Shown: positions 49,577 through 63,649 of the stretch, piece after piece
Layout: the number at the start of each line of letters is the position of its first letter
How positions within the stretch are numbered: position 1 is the stretch's first letter
DNA from: Carcharhinus longimanus
Lineage: Eukaryota
Assembly (NCBI GenBank): GCA_030264375.1
Contig: JASCQW010000105.1
Span: 71,532,602 to 71,596,601, forward strand
Reading direction: 5' to 3'
DNA: 64,000 bases
Notes under the pieces: model-generated
The model's input: the letters and a program-made list of their open reading frames with translations, nothing else
Told to the model about the DNA's origin: nothing
Database searches by the model: none
Made by a program: the position numbers and the translations under genes

Positions 49577-52500
49577 NNNNNNNNNNNNNNNNNNNNNNNN
49601 NNNNNNNNNNNNNNNNNNCAGAAAGATTTTCATCAAGGTTGCTGCTCTTCATGTATGAGCTGGAACAATGTGAATGAGCATGCTACTCAACAGATAATCA
49701 CTGACAAGCCTGATCCTGTTCTCATCCAATGTGCAACAGGTTGATTTGATTGCAATCTAGAACAAGATCTTGGCTAACTTTATCTGCTCCCTGCCCAAAG
49801 GGTGCAGAGGGCATCATAAATTTTGGCACAAAGCAGGGATCTTGCAGGTCCAAATGGGCCAGATCAATGAATTTAATTGAGCCATCCGAGTCCCAACATT
49901 GTTCCTAGTTTCATCCAAAACACCATAGCTGCTTCACTACTGTGAAAAGCGCTCGTCAAAACTCTGACTCATGACATGGCACAAAAAAAAAACAAACTGA
50001 AGAGATTGTTTTGCTTTATAAGTCTCCAGATGATTCAATGCTAAATGGGGTTGCAGCCAATGCCTCAGCAACTGAGCAGAGTAGCTATCCTAATCTTCAC
50101 AATCACACCACTGGGAAAAGACCATTCCAAATCAAGGAAACCAAGCCTTTTTAACAGCGATAAGGAACAGTGCACCTGCTCAAAAAACTGTGCAGAGAGC
50201 TCTTATTTCCTGCTCATAACCAGCCAAAGAGAATTTCCCACCATTAAAATGCCAGTCTCCGTTATGTAAATTAGTGATGGGATCAAAAGGGTCTGTGTGC
50301 TGGAATACTTTCTCCAATGGTTCATACACAACCATGCTCTCTTCGCCTTTCTATAAAAACTTGACCTGGATTTTATATTGCTTTCATAAAATATCACTTC
50401 AAATATCCAGGAGTAAAGTGACAAGCTTTTAATTTTTTTTCAGTGAAACTGTACAGCTACTAATGCAAACAGTTTGCTTGCCCAATATCTTTGCACGCTC
50501 TTATTTTACCTCTTACATAGTATTAAGTGGATGGGTGGTGGGAAAAGAAAGATGGAATAGACAGGGTAGAAAAATAGGTGTAGAAAACAGAAAAAAGGTG
50601 AGGCACAAGGAGAAAGACTGAGACATCACACTAAGTGTCCAGTTTTATTTGGTTTGTTGCCGGGGTACCTTGTGATGCATTGGACTTTGGAAAGCTGTCA
50701 TTTAAGGTCAAAAGTAAATTTAGCAAGATGCAGTGAGGATCCTGAGCCAGCCAGAGCAAAGGTGTTTTTCGTGCTGTGGCTGAATTTCAGTCACTGTTGT
50801 GACCAGTTGAAATGCTCTGGCAAACAAAATTACTGGGTGAGCCACCTGCAATCTCAGGGACTCTCCTGCCTAATACCCATGTCCTTACCATGAAGCTTAT
50901 ATCAGGTGGCTTAAATTGGATCATAAAGATAAAAATTATAGAAAATCAATGGGACTAGACTTTTTCCGTAAATCTGACTAATTAATCTCCCTTTCTCCAA
51001 AATAAAGCTCTACTTTTTGATCTCGTGCCCATCACGGTCTATTTGATAAAATATTGCTAGTAACAAAAAGCTCAATTGTTAAAACGCATGTAGTCTTGAA
51101 AAAGGTCTCACTTTGACTGCAAATATGATGGCTCTCAATGGAGCAAAACATAATGGTCAACAAAATGCGTGTTGGACAGTGGACTGCACATCCAAGTGCA
51201 GCTCTGTCTACTGCAGATCACTCTGCAGAAAACCATCCTGTCGGACTTCTTGCAGTAGGAGGTAAGGCACTGTGGCTTTTTAATCTCAGCTGAAGAATTC
51301 TTCTCAATGAATATCCAGGGGTTCAACTTGGGAGTGTGGCCTGGTGCAAGCTTTGCCTGTCCTTCTTATGCAAAAACTAATTCCTAACAGAACAGTATTC
51401 TAATTGCAGTTACATATCCTTCCAAGTACCTATCAATGGTGACAGGCAAAAGTTATTTACCAATGAGACTGTGGTGCTTAAAAATTCCAATATCACAGCA
51501 ATTCCTAGTGCAAAGCAAAACTCAATTTTCAACCTCCAGTGATTACATCCATCCAAGGCATTCTTTTAGCAGACATCATTCCAAATTGAGCTTTGTAAGT
51601 TTAATCGATGATTCTGCTCTGTGACACTGCTTCTGCACAAACTGGAAGCAACTAAACTATGAAATAAACCCTTTCAAAGCAAAAAGAATCACTATTGTGA
51701 CATTTTCCACACCTCTTCAAGCAGCTTCAAGCGCACAGGATAAATATAAAGGTATCCAGTAACCATTTCATATGGGTTTCACAGCCTGCAGTAGGACCAA
51801 GCAGGTCCAAACAAAATACTAAAAGGAGCATATGGTCCGAAGGGAAAGCTATAAATTCTTCCAACTTTTTTGAAATTTTATTCAAATTGCAAAGTTTCAA
51901 CAGGTACCATGAGTGATCCATGGGTAAATAGTTGCTTCTGAATGCAAAGTTGGGGGGGGGGGGAGAAGGAAGGAGGAAACCATGGCATGGCATGTGACAA
52001 CCTTTTACATGTGCCTTGGTAAGTTGTGGAGAAACAGAGCAGAAATAATAATCTTTATTCCCTGGGTACTACATTCAGCTGGACATTGGAGGTGGGAGGC
52101 AGAGGGATTGGGATAGAATCACTACAGTAATCTAGGGATGTGCAGCAAGGGACAAAACCGAATACAAGTCAAAATGCCTCAAGATTTGGGAATGAGTTAG
52201 CAGGTGGGTCAGAGTAAGATGAAAGCCCTACTTCCAAGAGAAAGGGCAGCATCAAGCAAAGGCGACCAATTCTTTATCTTGCCTGAAAATTTTAAGTGGC
52301 TACACTTTGCCTCAGCACTGGCTATTCCCAATACCAAGGCCAGCTGCTTGGCATTAGCAAAGCAGGAGTACAGCCAACCCACTGGCACCTCTGAGAATCC
52401 AAACAGTGCAACAAATCTAAACTGCAACAGATGACAAGCTCATTGGAGCATTATGCAATACCCAGCAAATGCTCATCTTTTCTTCACACAGTCTTCTTAG

Positions 52501-55500
52501 GGAGAGATTGATTTTCAAATTGATAACGGCACTGCCTCAGCAGACTCTCGTTCTTTCAGAGATCTCAGCCTTGAGTGGTTAGTGCTCGAAAAGGAAAAAA
52601 AATTCATCGGTCTTGAGACTGTAGTGAGAAATAGCTTTATTCAATCAGCCAAGTAAAACTAAGCTTCGGGAATCCTTCATGCTGGCAACAGGAGCAGGAA
52701 GTTAAATATTTTGATTTCCCCAATGCTGACATTCCCAGGTCCAATGCTGACCCTAGAATTTTAAAAAATTACAATTGTACACCACTAACCATTTTGGTGC
52801 AGTTTTACCGGAGTGCTACTTGGACTTGCACTTGGGAAGTCATACAATTTTGAGGTGGCACCACTGCAATGATCAACACAAGGTTAAATAAATTGGTGTT
52901 GCATGTATTGCATGGAAATGGCTGTAAAACACAACAACTCCAAATCAGGAATGCCCCTCCTAATAATGCTAGTTTAAGGCAATATTCCTGGCAGGGACTG
53001 ACAGAATTGACACTGAAGGGAGGAAAAAAAAATCCACTGTATGGCAAATTACGTGCACCAGTTCAGAAAACCTAATGAAGTAGCACAGCATGAATGCAAC
53101 CTAGTGCTAGCTTACAGAACAATGAGTATCATACAATCTCCATCCAAAAAGATCTTTTAAGAAAAGGCATAACAAATTCTAATGGCTTGACGAGATACAC
53201 ATTACGCTGTGGGCGAGGCTTTGGTAAATCCAGCTTTGCTGCTGCGTTAGCAACAAGATCATACTGACCAAAAGAAAATCCTGTGCTGCCACTCAGTGGT
53301 GGATTTGCAGAATGGCATTTGGAGTTTTCACTTCCATCTGGTAATTTCCATTAGTGGCCAGCCATTTGATAAACCACTATTCATTGCAACCAGCATCACA
53401 TTCCCAACACACAACACGTGATGTTCCAGCAACCACAATGAGTATTCCCCTAATTCAGATCAATCTTTAATCCTTCACTATGGTCCAGTCATATGGAATG
53501 ATCCTGAGCCTCCCATACCCACATTAATAGATAACACATCTTGGAATGATTTCAAAGCAGAAAGCTAAACACACTGTTCACACAATGCAGACCTGTCAAC
53601 TTGGGGAATATTAAACTTGAGATGTGTATTCAAAAAGAAATCATCTGCAAGCCCATTAAACATGACCCTTTCAGAGAGTACTCTGACTGAAGTTCATGTT
53701 TAAATCAATGTGAAAAAGAGATGGCAATCCAGTCCTCATCATCTTTTTGTGATTTGTGCTCTCCTTTAATTTAAAACATTTTTGGACATTGCTTTAGGTA
53801 AATAATTAACTCTTTTTAATTGCAGGCCTGACATATGTTGACTTGAAGACACAATTTTCAGGTTTTTGCCTCGGTTTATGTCTATTATATTTGGACATCT
53901 ACATTGTAATTGGGATAAAGCCCAATGACACCCATTCTTAACTGCACTGATTCCACCAAGACTGCTATAGGGAGCCAACAAAATGTCAGAAAATATTACA
54001 CGTGCACGAACTAGCTGCTGTCTTGAAATAATTCACTGGTATGGCATGCATCTAGATATCAGTTTGACTCTGAATAATGCTCACCCACCAGGTATGGTCA
54101 AAACCCTCTGAAATCTGCTGCAATTCCAATCTGCCTGGACAGCTTTCCTCTTCTATTTACTTCCCTCAATCTGGAGATCTATATTACACCCCTAAGAATC
54201 TTCAAAATATTTCAGCTCCAATAATAATTTTCTGCCACCTTCTGGGCCTCTCCTCTCTACAGCACATATTCTATCCTTCAGCCTCCTTTCACACCTTCCA
54301 CCTCCTCCTCTCCCTCACGCACATATTTATAACCCAATATATTTATTTTCCAGTCCTGTCCAGTTTGCAAATAGGTTCCTTTATATTATTAAATCTATAA
54401 GCTCAGCCTCTGTACTGAATGCTTTAAAGATGGGATTGTTCTCCTAAAGAGCAGAAAAAGAATCAAACTAACAGAGTATTCAAAATTGAGAGAATTCACA
54501 AAGTAAAGAAAACCTGTTTGCCAAGTCAAATGGGTCAAGTAATCAATAACTGCAGATTTAAAAATACCTGACGAAAGACCGGGGTGGGGGTATAAAGAGA
54601 AATTATTTTGCTCAGAATTAAGACCTGGAACATAGAGGGCAGCAGTATTCCATTATCATACAGCATTTGGAGAAAAAAATTAGTTAATTCTCTTCCAGTT
54701 GAGGAGCTATGGGGAAAAAAATGGTGTGGAACCAGCGAGGGGTGGGCCAGGACAGAACCGGCAAGGCGGGGTACAGCCAGGACATAACCAGCGCTATATT
54801 TGGAAAATCGTGGGGTATAAAAAGGTATGATGTGCAGTGAAAGAAAGCTGAACACTTAAGTGTCACACTTCAGATCTACAGGGAATCTAACCTCAGTGGC
54901 ATCACGTAATTCAAAGTAAACATCTGAAGTGACAGTCTGCAGATATAATAGCCAGTTAGAATCACAGAATAGTACTGCCATTCAGCCCATCAAGTCTCTA
55001 GGAGAATGACACTAACTACCTGTATTTGTGTCAACTCCAAAGTTTCCATAAGTTGGATAACCTAACTATTGGTGCTGATGTGGCACCACTGCGACATCTG
55101 CCTCTGTGTTCTGAAAAAGAGATGTCCCAAGTTCAAAGTAGCCTAAATTGATATGTAAATGTGATAAAACTTAGTAATCAGCACAATCACTGCAACAACC
55201 ACTCTACAGGGTGAGATGGGGGCAGAGGTAACTCGTATCACAAAGTAAGGGAATACTCGAGAATTTATCTTGACAAGTATAGCACTGAAAAAGGGTGCAA
55301 GAATAGCAAAGAATATTCGAGGGAAGCCTGTCCAGCTCGCAAACCACCCAAACTTGCGTAGTTAGGTTATATTGTGGAAAAGAAAAGCTTCCATAATGGA
55401 GCAGTTCAACATGTTTTCTGTATAGTGCACTTCCCCTCGATCGTGATTATTTTTTGAGAAGTTTACTCAACAATTACTCAGATTTTACCACAGCTCCAAA

Positions 55501-56180
55501 CTACTGTTCAATGACAAGCGAATGAAAGAATAGTTTCTTTCTTGTGCGGACAAATATACAATTAACACAGTTCAGGGAAAAACAATAATACCCATACGCA
55601 CATGAGTGAGACTATTAAAGCAGAAAGTTTAAGAAATGCAAATTCAGTAGCAGATTGTTAATGCTGCTTCACTAAATTAAATCAATTATGATTTTAGTAC
55701 TGACTTATTGTAATACACCAAAAGCAGAAATATATTAATATTTACACAAAATTATCCCAAGCACAATGCTAACAATAAACCACTAAACTATGCTGAGAAA
55801 AGCACAATATTAATACTGACCCACTGTGATGGAAGTGTGCAAATGATAAATGTATTATGTTTTGTTGTGTTTCAGGAAAACGTTTTAAAGTTCAGCTTTT
55901 CTCTACAGGTATTATATTTGGGAGGAATATATCTCAGAAAGCTAATTAATCATTTCAACCTTGCAAGTGCTNNNNNNNNNNNNNNNNNNNNNNNNNNNNN
56001 NNNNNNNNNNNNNNNNNNNNNNNNNNNNNNNNNNNNNNNNNNNNNNNNNNNNNNNNNNNNNNNNNNNNNNNGTGCTTATGCTAGAGTTAATAGATTTTTG
56101 TTCAGTTCCGTTCCCCTGAAACTTAATGTGACTGACAGGTTCATGTGATGTGGCTTATGTGCAATTGTGGATTTGTAGCA

Positions 56181-56239
56181 ATGATGTGGAGATGCCAGCG
56201 TTGGACTGGGTTTTAATCTGGTGTTGTGAGACTTCATAC
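56181..56239 (+). mobile_element. 59-bp Penelope-terminus insertion with a 13-bp TSD
   Basis: tggatttgtagca (56168) and tggatctgtagca (56240); gatgtggagatgccagcgttggactggg joined to inverted ttaatctggtgttgtgagacttc. Confidence 0.8.
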
Positions 56240-57139
56240 TGGATCTGTAGCAGAGAAAGAAACAGGCTTTTGCAGAAAAAGAGCTGGAGTTTGAATGTCC
56301 TGATTGAGGCTAGGAGTGTTCTGCAGATTGCTGAAAGCGTTCTCTAGTTAGGACTCATTAAAGCAAGTTTATTTGTGATTAAAGTGGGTTTTAAGTCTGT
56401 AAGAAGAATATTGCTTATTTGGAAAGGAAGTAGCGATAAGTTAGAAATTATGAGTTGCTTCTTTTCATATTTAAAGATTACACAACTATTAAGAATTGAG
56501 CTGCTTCATGTTGTTATACTTAAACTTATGAATAAAGTTTGTTTTGAAAAATGATCCTTGATTTGTCAGAGGATTACTCCTGGAGCAAAGCACTCCTCAT
56601 TTGTCAAAATAGAAAAAAATCACTGGGCTCTAGTCTGACTTCATAACATACCTTGTCAAAATTGGGTCAATTTTTAGGCTTCAATGTCTGGTAAACTAAA
56701 CAGTGCACTTGCAGTCCATGTCATGTTGACTTATTTAATTTCCATTCTACACCATTGACTTGAATCAAAGTTTTAGGCTACCAGCTGCTTTAGCTAGGAA
56801 AGTTCATTTTTATTCAAAGGATGTAAATGCCACTGGCTGGATCAGTATTTATTGTCCATCTCTAACTGCCCTTGAGAAAGAAATGGTAAGCCATCATTTT
56901 GAACCTCAGTAGTTCAACTACCATATTTGCAAATAGCACTTCAAATGAAAGATCAGAGGTAATATGGAAAGTATTTGCATTTCCTTGCCTAGTAATAGAG
57001 TATGAAAGGAGATTCCTCTATCTGACAATGTTAGAGAGCTCCAAAATCTCCCATTGCTTTACATATTTTTAAATAAATCTGCATAATCCATTGTCATATC
57101 ATTCTAAGTAGCTTTATTTAAGTAACGCTTCCCAAATTA

Positions 57140-57390
57140 CTCAAAGGGTGGTGAATCTATGGAATTCTCTGCCCGTTGAGGTGGTGGAGGCTGCCTCGCT
57201 AAATATTTTCAAGAANNNNNNNNNNNNNNNNNNNNNNNNNNNNNNNNNNNNNNNNNNNNNNNNNNNNNNNNNNNNNNNNNNNNNNNNNNNNNNNNNNNNN
57301 NNNNNNNNNNNNNNNTGAATGGTGGGGCAGGCTCGAAGGGCCAGATGGCCTACTCCTGCTCCTATTTCTTATGTTCTTATGTTCTTATGT
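57140..57390 (+). mobile_element. Young CR1 3' end across a gap
   Basis: gggtggtgaatctatggaattctctgcc..ggctcgaagggccagatggcctactcctgctcctatttcttatgttcttatgttcttatg. Confidence 0.9.
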
Positions 57391-57829
57391 AAATTAGATC
57401 CATAGTATTTTATTTAGTTGGAATTTCATGCAAACTATCAAAATTCAGTGATTAAACATTTCACTGATATTGAGCCCTCGAGTTCCACCCATGATTTAGT
57501 AATGGACAATAGTTTTAATTCAGCAACCTCATCATACATCCCCATCAGAGGTTTCAATGGAGATACAGAGTACGATAGTTAGCAGTTCAAATTTTTCAAA
57601 GGTATGTGTAGCCAACCTTTGTGCAAATGTTCAACAGACTGTAGTGTGCGTTATGATACAGTACAAGTCACAAACCATAACAATGTATACATCAAGTTGT
57701 CAGCAAATACATGCCTATTAACAGTGGCCTAGAAAATTAGCCCAAGGGCAGCATAACAAACAGGGGTCTACAAAACTACAGTAAGATGGTATACAAATCA
57801 GGGTTGACTTAACAACTGAAAGTTTATCA

Positions 57830-58812
57830 CCAGTCCCTGCCTGCCCCACAATAACATGCAAACCACAATCCTGACCAACGGACCCATCACAGACCCAGTT
57901 CACTTTTGAGACAGGGTCAAGCAAGGCTGTGACTTTGCACCAACACTCATCTCAATCTTTTTTGGTGCAATGGAGCATTGCAGCTTCTTCAAGCTCCCTG
58001 CTGGAGTGGAGCTAAACTACAGAACAAATAGGAATTTGTTCAACCTCCTCCAACTGCAGGCCAAATGCAAAGTTGTCCCATCCTCCATCATTGAATGACG
58101 CTTTGGTAAGCTGAGCTCCAAACCATTATCAACATCTTCACTGAGGCATATGAGAACATGGGCCATCACCAAATATCCACACAGCAAAGGTCCTCTGCCG
58201 ACCTGCCCCAGCACACAGCACTGCTCCATGGTTATCAAAATCCACAACGCCTAGGGTAATGTGGACCAATGTAGAACCTACTGTCGACAAGAGCAGGCAT
58301 TGATGACAAGGTTCAACACTGCCTTCAGTACATCAGTGCAGCTTTCAGCCACCTGAGGAACTGTGTTTGAAGACTAGGATTTCATACATGGCCTCAGAGC
58401 AGTAATGATACTTGGCCTCCTATATGGTTCCGAGATGTGGACAATGTACAGCAGGCATCTCAAAAATCTGTAGACGACTAGTGCTACCTCTGCAAGGTCC
58501 TGCAAATCTACTGGCAGGGAGGTGCACCAACATCAGTCTTCTTGCTCAGGCCAACATGTCTAACACCAAAGCATTGGCCATACTTGATCAACTCCACAGG
58601 GTGGGCCACATTGCCCATGTGCCTTACACGAGACGCCCGAAACAAGCGTTCTACTTGGAGCTTCAACACGACAAGCGAGCCCCAGGAAGGCAAAGGAAAT
58701 GCTTCAAAGACTCCCTCAAAGCCTCCTTGAAAGTACAACATCCCTGCCAACACCTGAGAATCCCTGGCCGAAGAGCATCCAAAGTGGAAGAAAGGCATCT
58801 GAGACGGAGTTG
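57830..58812 (+). mobile_element. RTE-clade (BovB-like) LINE fragment
   Basis: acagggtcaagcaaggctgtgactttgcaccaacactc (TGVKQGCxxAPTL); GHIAHVPYTRRPKQAFY..GRQRKCFKDSLKASL. Confidence 0.85.
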
Positions 58813-59834
58813 AGCTGATTTGCATGAAAATTACATAACTTAAAACATAGGCTTAGACTACATTAATTATTTTTCCATTTGTAAGATAGCTGAACTGCAA
58901 ATTGTGAAGATGAGAAACATTACATAACAAACCTTGTTGGACGTAGAAAAATGTAGCTGCCTGATAGTTTAAAACAAAAGATCTACCACTAGATGGCAAA
59001 GCACACCAAGACTTATTTAAATACAGAAGCAGTTGAAGTACCTTCCTTTTGTGGTACAGGAAACACTTGTAGATTTCCTTTCTGTACCTCAACTAGGTCA
59101 GCTAAGTTTGCATCGCGTTGAAACAGAACCATGTGCATTCCAGCTAAGCATTACAGATAGCCAAAACTGGGTAGACTTATAATGACAACAGAGTTAACCT
59201 GGAAATGGCATCTTAAATTTAAAACATTATGGAGAAAATGCTCTATAAATGGCATGGTTTATGTTTATAACTTGTGGTGTTTTAACTGTTTGGTGGCCTA
59301 ACAGACTCAAGATTCATGTAGTGTGCACATCTGTTTTGAACAAGACTCCTGCTTACTATTAAAAGGTAGTCAGGGTGAGGCAGAAAAGCAGCATTGCCAA
59401 AATGGAGCTCTCAAATTCAAATTTAAGTAGAGGTGGAGATTGGGGAAATAGTGTAGTAAAAAAACTTTAAAACCATGACATTTGACATGGGATGTCATAT
59501 TGTAACACTGCTCCATGCCCAGTGGGCATGAGTAATGAATGCTCTATGGCCCTCAGCTACCTATGGGTTGCACCCCATGACTGGCACCAAGCTTGAAATA
59601 CTCAGGTCAAAGTTGGACAACATGGATTGAAAGACTAATAACAGAGGGATAATTAGTAGCAAAAGGTTTGTCACTCTTCAATAATAATGAATTTATAATC
59701 CTAATACCCGGTGTCAAGAATCTCCACTCAAACCCAAATAAATTTTAAAGAATAAAGAAATTTCTAAATGGAATTAGAGTCAATGCTGAACACAGTCTTC
59801 AAAGCCTATGTGAAATAAATGGCATGTAAGCTTT

Positions 59835-60115
59835 TTTAAATAATCTGTTCATAGGATAAGCATCAATACAAGTCCAGCATTTACTGCCTTTTCCTAATTG
59901 CCCTTCTGAACCATTGCAGTCCAGTGCCATTAGGGAAAAATTCAGATTTCAACATGAAATAATGGTGATGTAGTTCCAGGTCAGGGTGGGGAGTGGCTTG
60001 GAGGGAAACTTGCAGGTGGCGGTGTTCCAATGCATCTGCTGCTCTTGTCCTTTGAGACGATGAAAGTTTCAAAGGTAGTGTCATAGGATCCTTTGAGTTG
60101 TTGCACTGCATCAGA
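59835..60115 (-). mobile_element. CR1-group LINE 3' end
   Basis: cctaattgccctt..gaaccattgcagtcc..gcttggagggaaacttgcaggtgg; same family as 10150. Confidence 0.75.
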
Positions 60116-60264
60116 GGTAGGTAGAGAACTCAACTCGAGTGCACTGGTCATTTTCAAATCCATGCAAATTTCAAAGCTGCAGGTATACACAGCATCTCAG
60201 TCTAAGGAAGGATTGATGGATTCGACTAGTCATCTGATGATTCTCCAATGCCTAATAAAGTTTT

Positions 60265-60555
60265 AAGTTTAAAGTTTATTTATTAGTGTCACGAGTAGGC
60301 TTACATTAACATTGCAATGAAGTTAGTGTGAAAATTCCCAGTCGTCACATACTGGTGCCTGTTCAGGTACACCGAGGGAGAATTTAACGTGGCCAATGCG
60401 TCTAACCAGCATGCCTTTTGGTCTGTGGGAGGAAACCTATGCAGACACTGGAAGAACATGCAGACCCCACACAGACAGTGAACCAAGCCAAAAATTGAAC
60501 CAAGGTACCTGGCACTGTGAAGCAGCAGTGCTAACTACTGTACCACCATGCCACT
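60265..60555 (-). mobile_element. Full HE1-headed SINE, gtgacactaataaa-tail subtype
   Basis: aaagtttatttattagtgtcacgagtaggcttacattaac...ggcactgtgaagcagcagtgctaac. Confidence 0.9.
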
Positions 60556-60779
60556 TCTATTAGTTTGTCAATAGGCTATCAGGTTAACTACTTATATTGT
60601 AGCTGTTGTACCTTTAAACAATAAGCCTTCCTAATTATGAATCGGAAACCTTGTGACACAGTGGATCGTGTCCCTCTCTCAGGACCAGGAAACTCCAGGT
60701 TCCAATCCCATTCAAGGAATTAATAGCCAAGTAAATTGGTTTCACAACATGGGCAAACTGGTTGATTACAATCTGGAAA

Positions 60780-61090
60780 TAGAATCCCGGCAGTGTAGGA
60801 GGTCATTCAGCCCATTGAGCTTGCACCAGAAACAATCCCATCCAGACCCTAACCTCATGCATTTACCCTGCTAATCCCCCTGACACTAAGAGGCAATTTA
60901 ACATAGCCAATCAACTTAACCAGCACATCTTTGGACTGAGGGGGGAAAATGGAGCACTTGAAAGAAACCAATGCAGACAAGGGGAGAACGTGCAAACTCC
61001 ACACAGACAATCATCCAAGGCCAGAATCAAACCTGGATGGGTCCCTGGCACTGAGAGGCAGCAGTGCTAACTGCTCATCGTGCCACCCCA
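60780..61090 (-). mobile_element. Full HE1 V-SINE
   Basis: tagaatccc..gcaatttaacatagccaatc..acgtgcaaactccacacagac..gaggcagcagtgctaac. Confidence 0.9.
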
Positions 61091-63649
61091 TCCTTCCAAT
61101 ATAATTGATCGTAGGCAATAAAAATGAGACTCTCCTGGTGAGCTCTATTACCAACATTGCAGAGCCTTGCCAAGCACAAAGCAACATAAATCAAAAATAG
61201 AAGCCCATAGTCATCAACACTCTTAGGACATGGCACCCTGACGAAAGAGAATGCTGAATCTCACTGAATACCCGAAGAAAGGTAAAGCCATGTTATCTTT
61301 CAGTGCAGAGAAGGTAAATTCAAACTCAGTGCAATACTTAAANNNNNNNNNNNNNNNNNNNNNNNNNNNNNNNNNNNNNNNNNNNNNNNNNNNNNNNNNN
61401 NNNNNNNNNNNNNNNNNNNNNNNNNNNNNNNNNNNNNNNNNNACTTAAAACACCTGACCATAATTTCACCAAGGAGCAAAGTTAGGATTAGCAGTAACAA
61501 GTGCCTAGATCCACAACACTGAAAAGATACAGTGACCAGCTGGGGCCAAAAAGACCAAGGAGATCCCAGATTTATCTTCAGTCTGTGCCAAGAGAGCTGA
61601 TTTCATTTGGTGAAGGCAGTTTGTGAGCTATAATCAGCCTCGATGCTTTGTGAGCAAGAGGAAAACAGTCAGCCTGTTGAAACTGCACACGGACAATGCA
61701 AAAAAGAGGATGGGATGCTTGGCTGGCCCATTTCACAAAGGTACTCTTCGTTTCAAACTAGTTTTGAGAGTGTCATGCAAGTGGTCACTTATGACCTGTA
61801 GAAACTTACTCCAGCAAGGAATCAACAACTTCAGAAGAGGATAAAATTGTACATTGAAGCAAGAGCAAACAAGAAGCCAATGGAAATAGGCATTAACATT
61901 GCATGTGTGTGGGAAGAGACAGCCACTGTGACATCAAGCTTAATATATGACAGGTGCATTACCCCCTCGTTTCTTCCAGTTGGTAACCTGTTTTGGAATT
62001 TCTTCTCTCACATTTTAGCTCAAGCAAATTTACACTGCAAATTGCTAGAAATGCAGAGAATATGAGGACAAAGACGACAACCATGGTGAACAATAGAACA
62101 ATTTACTTCTAACTCATAAGATAGATGGACCAACAAACAGGGATAACTGAGATGTGTCCATGGTAAATTAGTCAAATGACAGAAAAATAAAGAGGGAAAG
62201 GAAAGTTCAATTCGGCATGAGAAAAGAAAGACAGAAAGGAAATGAAAAATGTAAGCATGTAAAACAGTTTTAAAACATCTAAAATAATTTACAATGTGCA
62301 GAAATGAGACTCCATAGTACCCTTCGTGTTGAGGGGTTGAATAACTACATGGAACATGAAATTAGTTATTCAAAGCTTCTTAAGTTAAGCATCAGCTCCA
62401 ACGTATGTGGCGAGCTTACTTCATTTTAATAGTTCAAATGTAGCAATCTCTTCGCGTTTATGGATGGTCAACAGCGAGTTCCTGGCTTTGAGCACTGAAT
62501 GGTGGAGCAATACAAATTGTCAAGCAATTTGTGATGATTCAACTCATTGCAAGTCTCTTTCAGGTCATAAATTACTGGGTCATTTTAAAAAAATAATAGT
62601 GTCTACATTAATCTTGCCATTATTTTCTCAGAAAATTACAGGCCATAGTTGTTAAGGTTCCTACAAATGACATCTGAACAATGAACATCAGAATAGTATT
62701 TAAACACGTGTCCCTTCAGCTTTCACAGAACTTTCCCCTGAAGAAATAAAAGATGGGTAGCAGTTTGAATATCTTGCAATACTGTACTTGACAAACTTCA
62801 GTATTTGAAAGATATGGTTTCCCTCACCTGACTGACATTTTGCTGCAGCACAGATGCAACAAGCTAAGCCTGCAAAAATTGATACAGCCCAAGTTCTGGG
62901 TTGTCTAAGTATTATAGATACAAAATTTTCGATTCTTTCGAACAGCTAATTGGAAAGTGCCCTTAGTGAAACAAGAATGTTTTTCCTAAGGTCGAAGTAT
63001 TCTTTATAAAGCATAAAATAATTGGGCATACGAAATCTAATTCAAAGAATAAGGAAGAACATACCAAGTATAGATAACATTTTTTTAAATTCACCCTCCC
63101 CTCCACATATATTAAGATGCAGTTGTAGCAAAAAAAAAGGGAGGATTTGATTTGATTTGATTTAATTTGAAGAGCCAAACGATGTACAGGCACATGAAAA
63201 GTGCACATGAACAAGCCTTAACTCACCCCATATTAAACCTGAACCTAAATGAAGCTTTAAAAAACAAAACACTTGAGGCTTCAAAACATTTGGTACACAT
63301 CTATTTGCACACATTGTACAAATTAAATATTTTCTGGAAACATTTGCACTGCACTGAGCTTACACTGTAAAGTTAAATTTCGATTTCTGAATGCTCTTGT
63401 AGAATCACAGCAAAAACCCACTTAAAGAAACAGTCTTACATTCAGAGATGGGGCAACTTTACATGGCAAGAACAAAATAATTCCCATTTCCATTACTAAT
63501 TTACTGGAACTAGCTCCAAGGAGAGAGCAAATAACAGAACATCTCAAAACAAGGATTGACCTGCTTGTTCAGTCCTTTAAATTCTAGAATATGGATTGTT
63601 AGGTGGAAAAGTTAACCCTGCTATTTAAGAGGAAAAGAGAAGGGAGGAT

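Noticed and set aside
50889-50909. 21-nt candidate microexon (PPDISFM)
   Set aside because: Weak AAG acceptor; conflicts with the preferred phase-2 chain
61236-61275. CTGACGA followed by a small stem
   Set aside because: No correctly placed GAAA box, so not a hammerhead
62828-62869. 42-nt minus segment with tttttgcag and GTGAGG sites
   Set aside because: Phase-compatible with the 47.5 kb exon but indistinguishable from a pseudo-exon without data
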